A DNA stretch of 63,228 nt, from NCBI GenBank assembly GCA_036676705.1, contig JAKFCJ010000183.1, forward strand, positions 1 through 63,228, in the 5' to 3' direction. Of the stretch, positions 1 through 9,895 are shown piece after piece. Below the pieces are notes generated by a model. The model was not told the DNA's origin, ran no database searches, and saw nothing but the letters and a program-made list of their open reading frames with translations. The first letter of the stretch is position 1. Every line of letters begins with the position of its first letter. The translations under genes were made by a program, and so were the position numbers. Source of the DNA: Bacteroidota bacterium (GTDB lineage Bacteria; Bacteroidota; Bacteroidia; UBA8524).

Positions 1-1105
1 TCTGGAATTTGATCGCTTCCCCGGCAACTTGTCCGGGAAGGTCGAAACTGAGCGTATGGCTTGTTGTGATGCGCCCGAATTCTTTGCCATACCAGTCTTT
101 TCCCGATTTGATCAGGTTAATCTTTTCTTCCTCCTGATGCATAATTTCATCGAAGGAAGAGGTGGTGTAAGTTGGGGTATTCGGACTCCCGGCTACTGAA
201 GCAATACGTTTTCCTCCCGGTGCACCCACGGTAATATAGGCCGCCGACAGATCAGAATAAAGATGGATCTGTTTATAAAATACTTTGTTGGCGGGATTAT
301 AAGTTAGTTGATGCGGGCCATGGGCGAAAAAAAGCACATCATCATCGCCATCGAAAATACCGTTTGAATTTTTATCGCGAACCTCGATGGCCATTTCTTC
401 CAGGTCATCATATACGGTGAGGTTGTTGGCTTCCGGGAGCATCCCGCCGGAATAGGCATACATTCTGATCTTGCTGACGTCCTGGTTGCGGGCCGGAATT
501 CCGAATCCTTCGATCTCGCTTACTGTCAGACGATAAACACCGCTTTCGGCAAAAGTCACTTTCGCCCACGTACCGTCTTTCAAAAGACTCTCACTTTTCC
601 AGTTCACCCCTTTTTTGCTTTCCATCCGGTTGCTCTCTACCGGCCTGGCTATCTCCCATTTTAAGGTAAGGTGGGAGAGTTTCCTGACCTTGCCGTCAGT
701 GTCTTTTTCAAAAAGGGGAATTTGAATGACAGCAATACGCTGCTTTTTGGCTGTTTGGTAATTAACTGTAGGCTGGATCTTCCCGGGAATGGCGCCGAGT
801 CCGGCAATATAGTTGGCATAACGCACGGCATCGAGATCCTCCATCAGGGCAAAAATATTCGGGTCGATGATCAGCAACTCCCCCTCTCCGAGGGGAACCT
901 GTTTGGTAAAAAAAGGGACTTCACCGGGACGAATTTGTTCCGACTCATTCGTAAAAGGAGTCAATACCAGGACAGAATCCAACTGGCTGATCGCTTTGTC
1001 CTGCCAAACAAAGTCCTGATCAACATAGCCGTCCTGTGCACCTGCCGGTAGGGAAAGCACGCTGCATAGAAGCAACGAAACAACATAATAAGGGGTCATC
1101 TTCAT
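1..1105 (-). CDS. porU: Type IX secretion system sortase PorU, N-terminal part (runs off the window start; missing from the ORF track)
   Basis: Manual translation from ATG at 1105: signal peptide MKMTPYYVVSLLLCSVLSLPAGA, then SLLKDGTWAKVTFAESGVYRL, IRMYAYSGGMLPEAN and DDLEEMAIEV...DGDDDVLFFAHGP, typical of the PorU N-terminus. Divergent from gldJ as in other Bacteroidota. Confidence 0.9.
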   Translation of the reverse strand, partial: MKMTPYYVVSLLLCSVLSLPAGAQDGYVDQDFVWQDKAISQLDSVLVLTPFTNESEQIRPGEVPFFTKQVPLGEGELLIIDPNIFALMEDLDAVRYANYIAGLGAIPGKIQPTVNYQTAKKQRIAVIQIPLFEKDTDGKVRKLSHLTLKWEIARPVESNRMESKKGVNWKSESLLKDGTWAKVTFAESGVYRLTVSEIEGFGIPARNQDVSKIRMYAYSGGMLPEANNLTVYDDLEEMAIEVRDKNSNGIFDGDDDVLFFAHGPHQLTYNPANKVFYKQIHLYSDLSAAYITVGAPGGKRIASVAGSPNTPTYTTSSFDEIMHQEEEKINLIKSGKDWYGKEFGRITTSHTLSFDLPGQVAGEAIKFQ

Positions 1106-1244
1106 ACGTTCAACTTTGGTAGGGCAGCTTGCTTTTGCAAATTATATTCAATTGTTTGCATTATATGGCGAATTTCCTGCCATTTTTGAAACGAATTAAA
1201 AACAGCATTTATTTCGTACGTTTAAAATAAGTACTTTTGAAGTT

Positions 1245-2258
1245 ATGACACCAATTCTACGCAAAAAGTTGCTTGTCCGCAGTATCGCCTTAGGTGGCTT
1301 GATGCTGCTTATAAACATGGATGCCAGGGCTCAGGACCCTGAATTCACTCAGTTTTATGCGGCGCCGCTGTATACGAATCCGGCTTTCGCCGGTACGGGT
1401 AATTGTGGTGGACGTATCGTTCTGAATTACCGGAACCAGTGGCCGAGCTTACCGGGAACCTTCCGGACTTTTGCCGGTTCCTTCGACCAGCATTTCGATG
1501 CGATCGGCGGGGGTATTGGTATCATGGCCATGCAGGATGTAGCCGGCGACGGACTCTTAACCACAACCGCTTTTTCAGGAATTTACAGCTACCAGATCAA
1601 CGTTAGTCGAAAATTCACGATGCGGGCTGCCATCCAGGCTACCTACCAACAAAGAGCCATCGATTTTGACCGTCTTCGTTTTGCCGACCAGATCGTAGCG
1701 CGTCGTGGATTTGTTCAACCAACCAATGAGCAACTTCCTTCTGAAAGTGTGTCATACCCCAATTTTGCTGCGGGTGTTATCGGTTATACCAAAAACTTTT
1801 ATGCCGGCCTTGCCGTCCATAACCTGAACGAGCCGAACCAGTCCTTTTATGGAAACTCCGATGAAGGTACTACCGTGCCCCGTCGTATTACCATCCACTC
1901 CGGATTGGTTATTCCTTTGGAAGAGGGAAAAAGAGGAGGTACACCCGACCTGGCGATCAGTCCGAATATTTTGTTCATGATGCAGGAAAAATTCATGCAG
2001 GTGAACTTTGGATTTTATGTGAATAAAGGACCGCTGGTTGCGGGACTCTGGTTCCGTCAAACTTCACCCAATACCGATGCGATGTTGGTATTGCTTGGAT
2101 TCCGTCATAACCAGTTCAAATTTGGCTACAGCTATGATGTGACCCTGTCTTCAGCCCGTGCTGCTGCCCCCGGATCACATGAAATTTCTGCTGCCATTGA
2201 ATGGTGTGCGAAAAAACGGTCAAAACGTTACCGCAAACTGACCTGTCCTGATTTTTAG
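1245..2258 (+). CDS. PorP/SprF family T9SS outer-membrane beta-barrel protein
   Basis: AQDPEFTQFYAAPLYTNPAFAG, NYRNQWP, FGYSYDVT, GSHEIS motifs; C-terminal Phe. Confidence 0.93.
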   Translation: MTPILRKKLLVRSIALGGLMLLINMDARAQDPEFTQFYAAPLYTNPAFAGTGNCGGRIVLNYRNQWPSLPGTFRTFAGSFDQHFDAIGGGIGIMAMQDVAGDGLLTTTAFSGIYSYQINVSRKFTMRAAIQATYQQRAIDFDRLRFADQIVARRGFVQPTNEQLPSESVSYPNFAAGVIGYTKNFYAGLAVHNLNEPNQSFYGNSDEGTTVPRRITIHSGLVIPLEEGKRGGTPDLAISPNILFMMQEKFMQVNFGFYVNKGPLVAGLWFRQTSPNTDAMLVLLGFRHNQFKFGYSYDVTLSSARAAAPGSHEISAAIEWCAKKRSKRYRKLTCPDF

Positions 2259-2281
2259 GACCCTGTAAAAGAAAGAAACGT

Positions 2282-2311
2282 AGAGCCATCCTGTCCCGGA
2301 TGGCTTTTTTT
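2282..2311 (+). terminator. Intrinsic terminator after first porP paralogue
   Basis: AGCCATCC/GGATGGCT stem followed by a T-run. Confidence 0.75.
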
Positions 2312-2356
2312 GTCGAATAAATTTTCTCGTACCCGTTTTGAGTGGTAAATTTAATT

Positions 2357-3352
2357 ATGCGTAAGAGAAGGATTTTCAACCAATTACTGATGCTGCTTTT
2401 TGCCGGGCAACTGGTGGCACAGGATGCGATCTATTCGCAATTTTATGCCTCCCCCATGTTAACCAATCCTGCCCTGGCGGGTGTAGGGCTTTGTGGCGGG
2501 AGAGCAGGCATGCAATACCGGAATCAATGGACCTCCATGCCCGGAAACTTCAGGACGATCAGTTTTGCTTATGACCAGGTGGCACCCAGGATCGGTGGCG
2601 CCTTCGGGGTTTCTCTGCTCAATGATGTTGCCGGCGACGGTCTGCTCACTACAACGGCCGTGAACATGGTCTACAATTATGCCATCAATGTGGGCAGAGA
2701 CTGGACCATCTTTACCGCCCTTCAGGGAAGTTATATCCAACGGAGCATCGATTTTTCGCGACTGAACTTTGCAGATCAGATCGAAGCCAAAAAAGGATTT
2801 GTTAAACCTACGGAAGAGACTTTGCCTTACGAAAGGGTTTCCCTTCCCAGTTTTAGTACGGGAGCTGTGATCAGTGGAAAAGGCTTTTATGCCGGGGTGG
2901 CGGTCTTTCATTTGAATGAACCCTCCCAAAGTTTTTATGGCAATCCAGGTCCGGGCACCTATTTGCCACGACGGGCAAATATCCACGCAGGCATGAATTT
3001 TCAGGTGGGTAATGTGAGGAGCCAGCATAAAAGGGATCAACTGACGCTTTCGCCCAATGTGCTCTTTGCGGTTCAGGAAAAATTCACACAGCTAAATTTG
3101 GGGTTCTACGCCAGCAAAGGCGGGCTCATTACCGGCTTGTGGTTCCGGCAAACGGGGTCGAATCCGGATGCATTGATCGCTATTTTAGGCTGGCAGGGAG
3201 AACACTATAAGATCGGCTATTCTTATGATGTTACAGTTTCACAAGCCAGAGCAGCAGTAAGGGGTTCACATGAGCTTTCTTTTGCCTACCTTTTTTGCCT
3301 GGAAAGAAAGGTGCCAAAAAATTGGTTGAATGATATTTGTCCGGGCTTTTAA
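2357..3352 (+). CDS. PorP/SprF family protein (paralogue 2)
   Basis: AQDAIYSQFYASPMLTNPALAG, YRNQW, IGYSYDVT, GSHELS; collinear with paralogue 1. ATG at 2357 preferred over GTG at 2342. Confidence 0.92.
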   Translation: MRKRRIFNQLLMLLFAGQLVAQDAIYSQFYASPMLTNPALAGVGLCGGRAGMQYRNQWTSMPGNFRTISFAYDQVAPRIGGAFGVSLLNDVAGDGLLTTTAVNMVYNYAINVGRDWTIFTALQGSYIQRSIDFSRLNFADQIEAKKGFVKPTEETLPYERVSLPSFSTGAVISGKGFYAGVAVFHLNEPSQSFYGNPGPGTYLPRRANIHAGMNFQVGNVRSQHKRDQLTLSPNVLFAVQEKFTQLNLGFYASKGGLITGLWFRQTGSNPDALIAILGWQGEHYKIGYSYDVTVSQARAAVRGSHELSFAYLFCLERKVPKNWLNDICPGF

Positions 3353-3361
3353 ATAAAGACG

Positions 3362-4327
3362 ATGCTAAAAAAACTCCTGTTGACGGGAATTTTGGGTATT
3401 TATTTTACTTCCTTATTGGCGCAGCGACCCTATAGTGAATACGAAATGTATATGTATTCCGGGCGTTATAGCAATCCTGCGCTGAGCGGGATAAAGGAAT
3501 ATGGAAGCAGCCTTACTTTTCAAAACAGTTTTTTAAGTATTGATCCGGAGTATTCGTATCGATTCCCTGCATGGAGCCATACTGCTGAATTCGGGCAAAG
3601 TTTATTTTCAGGCAGAGGAGGAGTGGAGCTGAGGTGGAACCGGGCCGACTACTATCGGGATTTTCATCAAAATAGCGGTACCCTGGGTTATTCCCATGGC
3701 TTTCAAATTGGTAGCAAAATGATACTCCGGGCGGGAATAAAAGGCAGATTAAACGCACATGTGCTCAATTCTTCAGGTGGTTGGCCGATAGGAACACAGG
3801 GTGCAACGATTTACTCCGGAAATGATCTTCAATTTAATTGGGATGCAGGAATAAGCCTGCACAGGAAACGTTTTTATGCCGCACTCGGTTTTGCTGAGCT
3901 CACTCCACTATTCATTCAACAATTTCCCGGTATGCGATTTTATACGCCCAGGAATATGCTTTCTGCAGAGGCTGGTGGCGTGATTCCCCTGGATGAGGAA
4001 AAGGAAGGTCTCTGGAAATGGAGTTTTCAGCCTTATGTCAAGATTTATTATCAATCAGGCGGAAGTCGTGGGATAATTGGAACATTTGTAAATTTTGGTC
4101 CCGTTCAGGCAGGCGTACTGTTTGCCGGTGGTCATGGTGTGCTTCCTTCTGTAGGCTTTACATCACCCTACTTCAGGTTGAATTATTCCTATGTTAACAG
4201 GACGTTGGCTTTTAATACATTTACCTATTTCAGGAATGATTCATACCATGAACTCGCACTTCGTTTTATTCTTCCGGGAAAAGACAAAGAGGCGGATTTT
4301 ATGAAAAACGTGTATAGGGGCTTTTAA
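3362..4327 (+). CDS. Divergent PorP/SprF family protein (paralogue 3)
   Basis: Signal peptide, YSNPALSG, LNYSY...YHELAL, terminal Phe; motifs degenerate. Confidence 0.7.
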   Translation: MLKKLLLTGILGIYFTSLLAQRPYSEYEMYMYSGRYSNPALSGIKEYGSSLTFQNSFLSIDPEYSYRFPAWSHTAEFGQSLFSGRGGVELRWNRADYYRDFHQNSGTLGYSHGFQIGSKMILRAGIKGRLNAHVLNSSGGWPIGTQGATIYSGNDLQFNWDAGISLHRKRFYAALGFAELTPLFIQQFPGMRFYTPRNMLSAEAGGVIPLDEEKEGLWKWSFQPYVKIYYQSGGSRGIIGTFVNFGPVQAGVLFAGGHGVLPSVGFTSPYFRLNYSYVNRTLAFNTFTYFRNDSYHELALRFILPGKDKEADFMKNVYRGF

Positions 4328-4420
4328 CTATTTGCTCAACTTTGTATATAATTGAACAATTTTAGCGGCGAAACTTGCGTTTATTGAGCAAAGTCGCTTT
4401 ACTTTGTATTTCGCACTATT

Positions 4421-5854
4421 ATGAAAAAGTATCTGATAGGAATTCTGGGACTTGCCACTGTGGGACTTGGTACTTCATGTAAGAAGGAGAAGTCGGCAAC
4501 AACTGGTTGGACATTAAATAGTACCGAGTGGGGTGGTATTGAGAAGTTGGAGTACGAGGGACAGGAAACTGGACCGGGTTTGGTTTTGGTTCAGGGAGGT
4601 ACCTTTACAATGGGTTCTACCGAACAAAACGTCACCTATTCGCACGATAACGTTGAACGCCGTGTTACCGTTCCGACCTTTTATATGGACGAAACGGAGG
4701 TGTCTAACCATCAATACCGCGAGTACCTGCAATGGTTAGCTCGGGTTTTTGTTGATTATCCTGAAGTTCATGATAAGAACCTTCCGGACACCAACAGCTG
4801 GAGAAGAAAACTGGCCTACAATGAGCCTTTGGTGAAGTACTATTTCCGCCATCCGGCTTACGACGACTATCCTGTGGTAGGTGTTGACTGGGTCCAGGCA
4901 ACTGCTTTTGCGGCATGGAGAACCGACAGGGTGAACGAGTATATCCTTATTCGTGAGAAAATCCAGGATGTAAAAGTGATATCTGCCCAGGTAAACGAAG
5001 ACAACTTCAATACCGACGCCTATTATAACGGTCAATACGCCGGTATGGATAAAAACCCGCTACGGGATATTTCTCCGGGCGGAACTGCACGGACCGTGCG
5101 TATTGAAGATGGTATCCTTTTACCGGAATACCGTTTGCCAACAGAAGCCGAGTGGGAATATGCCGCCTCTGCCCTTATGGGGAACTCCGAATTTGAGAAC
5201 ATCAATACACGCCGTATCTATCCTTGGAATGGATTGACTACCAGAAAATCTTCTCCTGAAAAACACCGAGGGGAAATCCAGGCCAACTTCAAAAGAGGCC
5301 GTGGTGATAACGCGGGTGTTGCAGGAAAACTGAATGATAACGGGTTTGTTACCACTCCGGTTAAATCTTACTGGCCAAACGACTTCGGTCTTTGGAACAT
5401 GGGTGGAAACGTTTCTGAGTGGGTAATGGATGTGTATCGTCCGCTTTCTATGCAGGACTTTGAAGACATGGGTTCTTTCCGTGGTAACGAGTACATGACC
5501 AAAGAATTGGATCCGGATGGATATGTTCAGGAAAAAGACTCTTTAGGACGGATCAAATACCGTCCGGTTACTGAAGAAGACAATATCGACCGCCGCAATT
5601 ACCAGGTATCTGATAATATCGGGTACATGGATGAGGAAGTGTATGATAATGGCAATCAACAATACGAATACGGTGTTCACTCTCTGGTTAATAACAGAGC
5701 CCGTGTATACAAAGGCGCAAGTTGGGATGACCGTGCTTATTGGTTATCACCCGGAACGCGCCGCTTCCTTGATGAAGAACAAGCCCTCGCCACCCTCGGT
5801 TTCCGTTGTGCCATGGTGCGCGTAGGTAACCCTGCCGGTAACGGTGGAAAATAG
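4421..5854 (+). CDS. gldJ: Gliding motility lipoprotein GldJ (FGE-sulfatase/SUMF1 fold)
   Basis: Lipobox LGTSC, SATTGW, GPGLVLVQGGTFTMG, FYMDETEVSN, YFRHPAY, YRLPTEAEWEYAA, RAYWLSPGTRR, GFRCAM; position opposite porU. Confidence 0.88.
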   Translation: MKKYLIGILGLATVGLGTSCKKEKSATTGWTLNSTEWGGIEKLEYEGQETGPGLVLVQGGTFTMGSTEQNVTYSHDNVERRVTVPTFYMDETEVSNHQYREYLQWLARVFVDYPEVHDKNLPDTNSWRRKLAYNEPLVKYYFRHPAYDDYPVVGVDWVQATAFAAWRTDRVNEYILIREKIQDVKVISAQVNEDNFNTDAYYNGQYAGMDKNPLRDISPGGTARTVRIEDGILLPEYRLPTEAEWEYAASALMGNSEFENINTRRIYPWNGLTTRKSSPEKHRGEIQANFKRGRGDNAGVAGKLNDNGFVTTPVKSYWPNDFGLWNMGGNVSEWVMDVYRPLSMQDFEDMGSFRGNEYMTKELDPDGYVQEKDSLGRIKYRPVTEEDNIDRRNYQVSDNIGYMDEEVYDNGNQQYEYGVHSLVNNRARVYKGASWDDRAYWLSPGTRRFLDEEQALATLGFRCAMVRVGNPAGNGGK

Positions 5855-5873
5855 CAGACACTTATAAAGACAT

Positions 5874-5909
5874 AAAAAAACCCGATGACAGCGTCATCGG
5901 GTTTTTTTT
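5874..5909. terminator. Bidirectional intrinsic terminator between gldJ and the brx gene
   Basis: A-run, CCCGATGAC-AGC-GTCATCGGG stem, T-run, between convergent genes. Confidence 0.85.
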
Positions 5910-5942
5910 GTGTAAGGGCAGAAAATTTTCTGCCCCAACGGA

Positions 5943-6359
5943 TCAACAGAATTCCTCAAATGCCATCTTCAGATTATCGGCGATCATCTGGGCACTACGG
6001 CCTTCGATATGATGGCGCTCGATCATATGAACCAGTTCCCCGTTTTTGAACAGGGCAATGGAAGGAGAGGATGGAGGATAAGGAAGCATATACGAACGTG
6101 CCTTATCGGTCGCTTCTTTTTCCATACCCGCAAATACAGTTACAAGATTGTCAGGAAGTTTGGTATTGCCTTTTACTGCAGCCACCACACCCGGACGAGC
6201 CGCTCCCGCTGCGCAACCGCAAACAGAATTAACGACAACCAGGGTGGTGCCTTCTGATTTTTCAATGGTAGAAACGACTTCTTCAGGGGTTTTTAATTCC
6301 TGGAAGCCAATATTGGTTAATTCAGCCCGCATCGGAGCTACAAGCATTTCTGGATACAT
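5943..6359 (-). CDS. BrxA/BrxB (YphP/YqiW) family bacilliredoxin
   Basis: VNSVCGCAAG motif, LVTVFAG, PPSSPSIALFK, IERHHIEGR. Confidence 0.93.
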   Translation of the reverse strand: MYPEMLVAPMRAELTNIGFQELKTPEEVVSTIEKSEGTTLVVVNSVCGCAAGAARPGVVAAVKGNTKLPDNLVTVFAGMEKEATDKARSYMLPYPPSSPSIALFKNGELVHMIERHHIEGRSAQMIADNLKMAFEEFC

Positions 6360-6409
6360 AAGGGTTTATTGTTTGACTGTAAGACTGTTTGACCGTTTAA
6401 TTGTACCTA

Positions 6410-6494
6410 CAAAGGTAATTCCAATTCCATGGAAATGCCAAGGGTCTAAATGACCCTTCCCGATGCAGCGAAGAACAATTATTACGTATCTTTG
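6410..6494. promoter_or_regulatory. Divergent Bacteroidota housekeeping promoters (-7 TAnnTTTG) for brx and ahcY
   Basis: CAAAGGTA at 6410-6417 (TACCTTTG on the - strand) and TATCTTTG at 6487-6494. Confidence 0.65.
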
Positions 6495-6519
6495 TCGCAT
6501 CTAGTATATATAACACTTT

Positions 6520-7833
6520 ATGACAACACAATCCACACCGCTTAACTACAAAGTTAAGGACATCACGCTTGCCGAGTGGGGCAGAAAAGAGATCAGACTT
6601 GCAGAGGCAGAAATGCCCGGTCTGATGGCGATCCGTGCAGAGTACGGCGCACAAAAACCGCTCAAAGGAGCACGTATCGCAGGGTGCCTGCACATGACCA
6701 TTCAAACAGCGGTTCTCATCGAGACCCTGAAAGAATTGGGTGCAGAAGTTACCTGGTCATCGTGCAACATTTTCTCAACACAGGACCATGCAGCGGCAGC
6801 CATTGCCCAGGCAGGAATTCCTGTTTATGCCTGGAAAGGGATGAACGAGGAAGAATTCGACTGGTGCATTGAGCAAACCTTGTTCGCCTTCGAAGGAGGA
6901 AAAGCCCTGAACATGATCTTAGACGACGGAGGCGACCTGACCAATATGGTTCTGGACCGTTTTCCCGAACTGGTAAAAGACATCAAAGGCCTTTCTGAAG
7001 AAACCACTACCGGCGTTCACCGTTTGTACGAGCGCATGAAAAAAGGTACCCTTCCGATGCCGGCCATTAATGTGAATGATTCGGTTACTAAATCCAAATT
7101 CGACAACAAATACGGTTGCCGCGAATCGCTGGTCGACGCCATTCGTCGTGCTACCGATATCATGATGGCCGGGAAAGTTGCCGTTGTGGCCGGTTATGGC
7201 GACGTGGGTAAAGGTTCTGCAGAATCACTCCGGGGAGCCGGATGCCGCGTTTTGGTTACTGAGATCGATCCGATCTGTGCGCTACAGGCAGCCATGGACG
7301 GATTTGAAGTGGTTACCATGGATGAGGCTACCAAAAGAGCCAATATCTTCGTAACTGCTACCGGAAATAAAAATATCATTCGTGAGCGCCATTTCCGTGG
7401 CATGCGCGATAAAGCCATCGTTTGTAATATCGGTCACTTCGACAATGAGATCGACATGGCCTGGTTGAACAAAACGTACGGCTCAACCAAATATTCACTA
7501 AAACCACAGGTGGATATTTATAATGTAAACGGAAACGAGATCATCGTTCTGGCTGAAGGCCGGTTGGTGAACCTGGGTTGTGCAATGGGCCATCCATCTT
7601 TTGTGATGAGTAACTCATTCAGTAATCAAACCCTGGCGCAAATTGAACTTTGGACGAATACGGCGGCTTATGAAAATAAGGTGTATGTATTACCGAAAAT
7701 TCTGGACGAAAAAGTAGCCGCTTTCCATTTGGATATGATCGGTGCGAAACTGGAAACCCTGGATCCTGATCAGGCTGAATATATCGGCGTAGATGTAAAA
7801 GGGCCTTACAAACCAGAATACTACCGCTACTAG
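6520..7833 (+). CDS. ahcY: Adenosylhomocysteinase
   Basis: [57 protein letters not shown]. Confidence 0.98.
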   Translation: MTTQSTPLNYKVKDITLAEWGRKEIRLAEAEMPGLMAIRAEYGAQKPLKGARIAGCLHMTIQTAVLIETLKELGAEVTWSSCNIFSTQDHAAAAIAQAGIPVYAWKGMNEEEFDWCIEQTLFAFEGGKALNMILDDGGDLTNMVLDRFPELVKDIKGLSEETTTGVHRLYERMKKGTLPMPAINVNDSVTKSKFDNKYGCRESLVDAIRRATDIMMAGKVAVVAGYGDVGKGSAESLRGAGCRVLVTEIDPICALQAAMDGFEVVTMDEATKRANIFVTATGNKNIIRERHFRGMRDKAIVCNIGHFDNEIDMAWLNKTYGSTKYSLKPQVDIYNVNGNEIIVLAEGRLVNLGCAMGHPSFVMSNSFSNQTLAQIELWTNTAAYENKVYVLPKILDEKVAAFHLDMIGAKLETLDPDQAEYIGVDVKGPYKPEYYRY

Positions 7834-7855
7834 TAATTCATCATTGGAATTATAC

Positions 7856-7892
7856 ACCCGGCAGCACACTAACGAGTCTGCCGGGTTTTTTT
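7856..7892 (+). terminator. Intrinsic terminator after ahcY
   Basis: ACCCGGCAG...CTGCCGGGT stem followed by a T-run. Confidence 0.75.
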
Positions 7893-7916
7893 ATTCCCGA
7901 ATTTGGAAAATTCTTC

Positions 7917-8243
7917 CTAGAAGAAACGAATAAAAAGTGCAGCCGGAACAATGACCAATATCGTTACCCAGAATAGATAAAAGGCAGCATGGGTGAGTTT
8001 GTTAACCCAGGGGGTTTCTGAATTGACAAGTACGTAGCCTTGCCATTGGCATTTTTTGCATTTATGATGGATGACGCGATGCCCGGTCATTTCGTAGGTA
8101 GCCTGACTGAGCCCTCCAAATCGGAAAGGATTGAGCCCGTTTCGGTGTCCGCATTTCGGACATGTGCCAAACTTATTATTACTGGATTTGTAGATCTTGG
8201 TAGTTGACTTCACAGGAATAAATGCAGGATAGTAGTCCTGCAA
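7917..8243 (-). CDS. Small hypothetical Zn-ribbon membrane protein (start uncertain)
   Basis: CPKC...CKKC pair and a C-terminal hydrophobic helix; TTG start, with a downstream GTG also possible. Confidence 0.55.
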   Translation of the reverse strand: MQDYYPAFIPVKSTTKIYKSSNNKFGTCPKCGHRNGLNPFRFGGLSQATYEMTGHRVIHHKCKKCQWQGYVLVNSETPWVNKLTHAAFYLFWVTILVIVPAALFIRFF

Positions 8244-8529
8244 ATTTGGTGCAAATAATTTCAGGATAAAAATATTTCGTCAGGAATTCATCGACATTTT
8301 CTAAAAAAAATTGTTTAATACTTTAAAGTGCCCGTCAGCACTCAGGAAATTAATTCCTGCGAATGCCTAATAGAGAAAACTTAGTGATTCATAGCTACAA
8401 AAAGACCAAAAACAGGACCTCGGAAATTTTTCCATGTATAATTAAAAATCAAGGGTTTATTCCTCCAATACACCGAACAAATATTACCTTTGCGGCGTTG
8501 TTTTTCTAGAAAAGCGCAAGACTACGGAA

Positions 8530-9849
8530 ATGGATAAATTAAAGGAAAAATTTGCTGAAGTTGCCGCGCCATTGGCTATTTCAACAAAAAAGTTGATTAA
8601 AGAACATGGCAACGTGGTTTTAGGGCAATATACCCTGGAACAGGTTTATAGCGGAATGAAGGGAATTATCGGATTGATCACAGAAACATCCCTGTTGGAT
8701 GCGGAAGAAGGGATCCGTTTCAGGGGGTATACCATCCCTGAATTAAGAGAGAAGCTCCCCAAAGCAATTGGCGGCGTTGAGCCTCTTCCTGAAGGTTTGT
8801 TTTATTTGATGCTGATCGGTGAATTGCCGACGGAGGCCGATGTTCGTGACATTTCCAACGAATGGGCGCGCAGGAGCAATGTGCCTAACCATGTATTCAA
8901 AGTATTGGATGCATTGCCAAAAACCACCCATCCAATGACCCAGTTTACCGTAGCCATTAACGCGCTTCAAACCGAGTCGGTATTTGCTGCGGCGTATAAT
9001 AAAGGAATCAATAAATCAGAATACTGGAGTTATGTGTACGAAGACGTGATGAACCTCATAGGAAGGTTACCACGTGTTGCTGCCTATATTTATCGCCGCA
9101 CTTACAAAAACGACGAACATATTGAACCCAATCCAAAACTCGATTGGGCGGCCAATTTTGGTCATATGCTGGGCTTTGGTGAAGTAGAAGGATTTAAGCG
9201 CCTCATGCGTTTGTACATGACCATCCATGCCGACCATGAAGGAGGAAACGTTTCTGCCCATGCTACCCATCTTGTCGGATCTGCTTTGAGCGATCCCTAC
9301 ATGTCGTTTGCAGCAGCAATGAACGGACTGGCTGGTCCATTACACGGACTTGCCAACCAGGAAGTGATCAAATGGATCTTCGAAATGCAGGATTCACTGG
9401 GTACCAAAAAACCAAGCAAAGAACAGATCGCCGTATACGTTCATAAAACACTGGAAGAAGGAAAAGTAGTACCGGGTTATGGACACGCTGTATTGCGTAA
9501 AACCGATCCACGCTTTACGGCTCAGATGGAATTTGCCAAACGCAATATTGAACAGGACGATACCATCGAAACGGTATGGAATGTTTACGACGTTGTTCCG
9601 GGCATTTTGGAATCACTCGGAAAAGTTAAAAATCCATGGCCAAATGTGGATGCCCATTCCGGCTCCCTGCTGGTTCATTATGGTATGAACGAATACGACT
9701 ACTATACCGTATTGTTTGGTGTATCCCGCTCATTAGGTGTGCTGGCTCAGCAGATCTGGGACCGTGCCCTGGGTTATCCTTTGGAAAGACCAAAATCGGT
9801 TACTTCCGAATGGATGATGAACAAAGCGAAAAGTACCGCGACAGCTTAG
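8530..9849 (+). CDS. gltA: Citrate (Si)-synthase, eukaryote-like type
   Basis: HADHEGGNVSAH, GLAGPLHGLANQEV, VPGYGHAVLRKTDPR, NPWPNVDAHSG; TACCTTTG promoter motif at 8485-8492. Confidence 0.96.
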   Translation: MDKLKEKFAEVAAPLAISTKKLIKEHGNVVLGQYTLEQVYSGMKGIIGLITETSLLDAEEGIRFRGYTIPELREKLPKAIGGVEPLPEGLFYLMLIGELPTEADVRDISNEWARRSNVPNHVFKVLDALPKTTHPMTQFTVAINALQTESVFAAAYNKGINKSEYWSYVYEDVMNLIGRLPRVAAYIYRRTYKNDEHIEPNPKLDWAANFGHMLGFGEVEGFKRLMRLYMTIHADHEGGNVSAHATHLVGSALSDPYMSFAAAMNGLAGPLHGLANQEVIKWIFEMQDSLGTKKPSKEQIAVYVHKTLEEGKVVPGYGHAVLRKTDPRFTAQMEFAKRNIEQDDTIETVWNVYDVVPGILESLGKVKNPWPNVDAHSGSLLVHYGMNEYDYYTVLFGVSRSLGVLAQQIWDRALGYPLERPKSVTSEWMMNKAKSTATA

Positions 9850-9864
9850 TACATATAAAAAATT

Positions 9865-9895
9865 AAAAGACCCCGGTATACGCCGGGGTTTTTTT
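9865..9895. terminator. Bidirectional terminator between citrate synthase and the TonB receptor
   Basis: AAAAGACCCCGG-TATACG-CCGGGGTTTTTTT. Confidence 0.8.

Noticed and set aside
6360-6519. SAH/SAM riboswitch upstream of ahcY
   Set aside because: The promoter motif lies only about 25 bp before the ATG, leaving no room, and no recognisable aptamer is present.
8530-9849. Eukaryotic contamination or recent HGT of citrate synthase
   Set aside because: This type is known in Bacteroidota, and the gene has a native promoter motif and ordinary composition.
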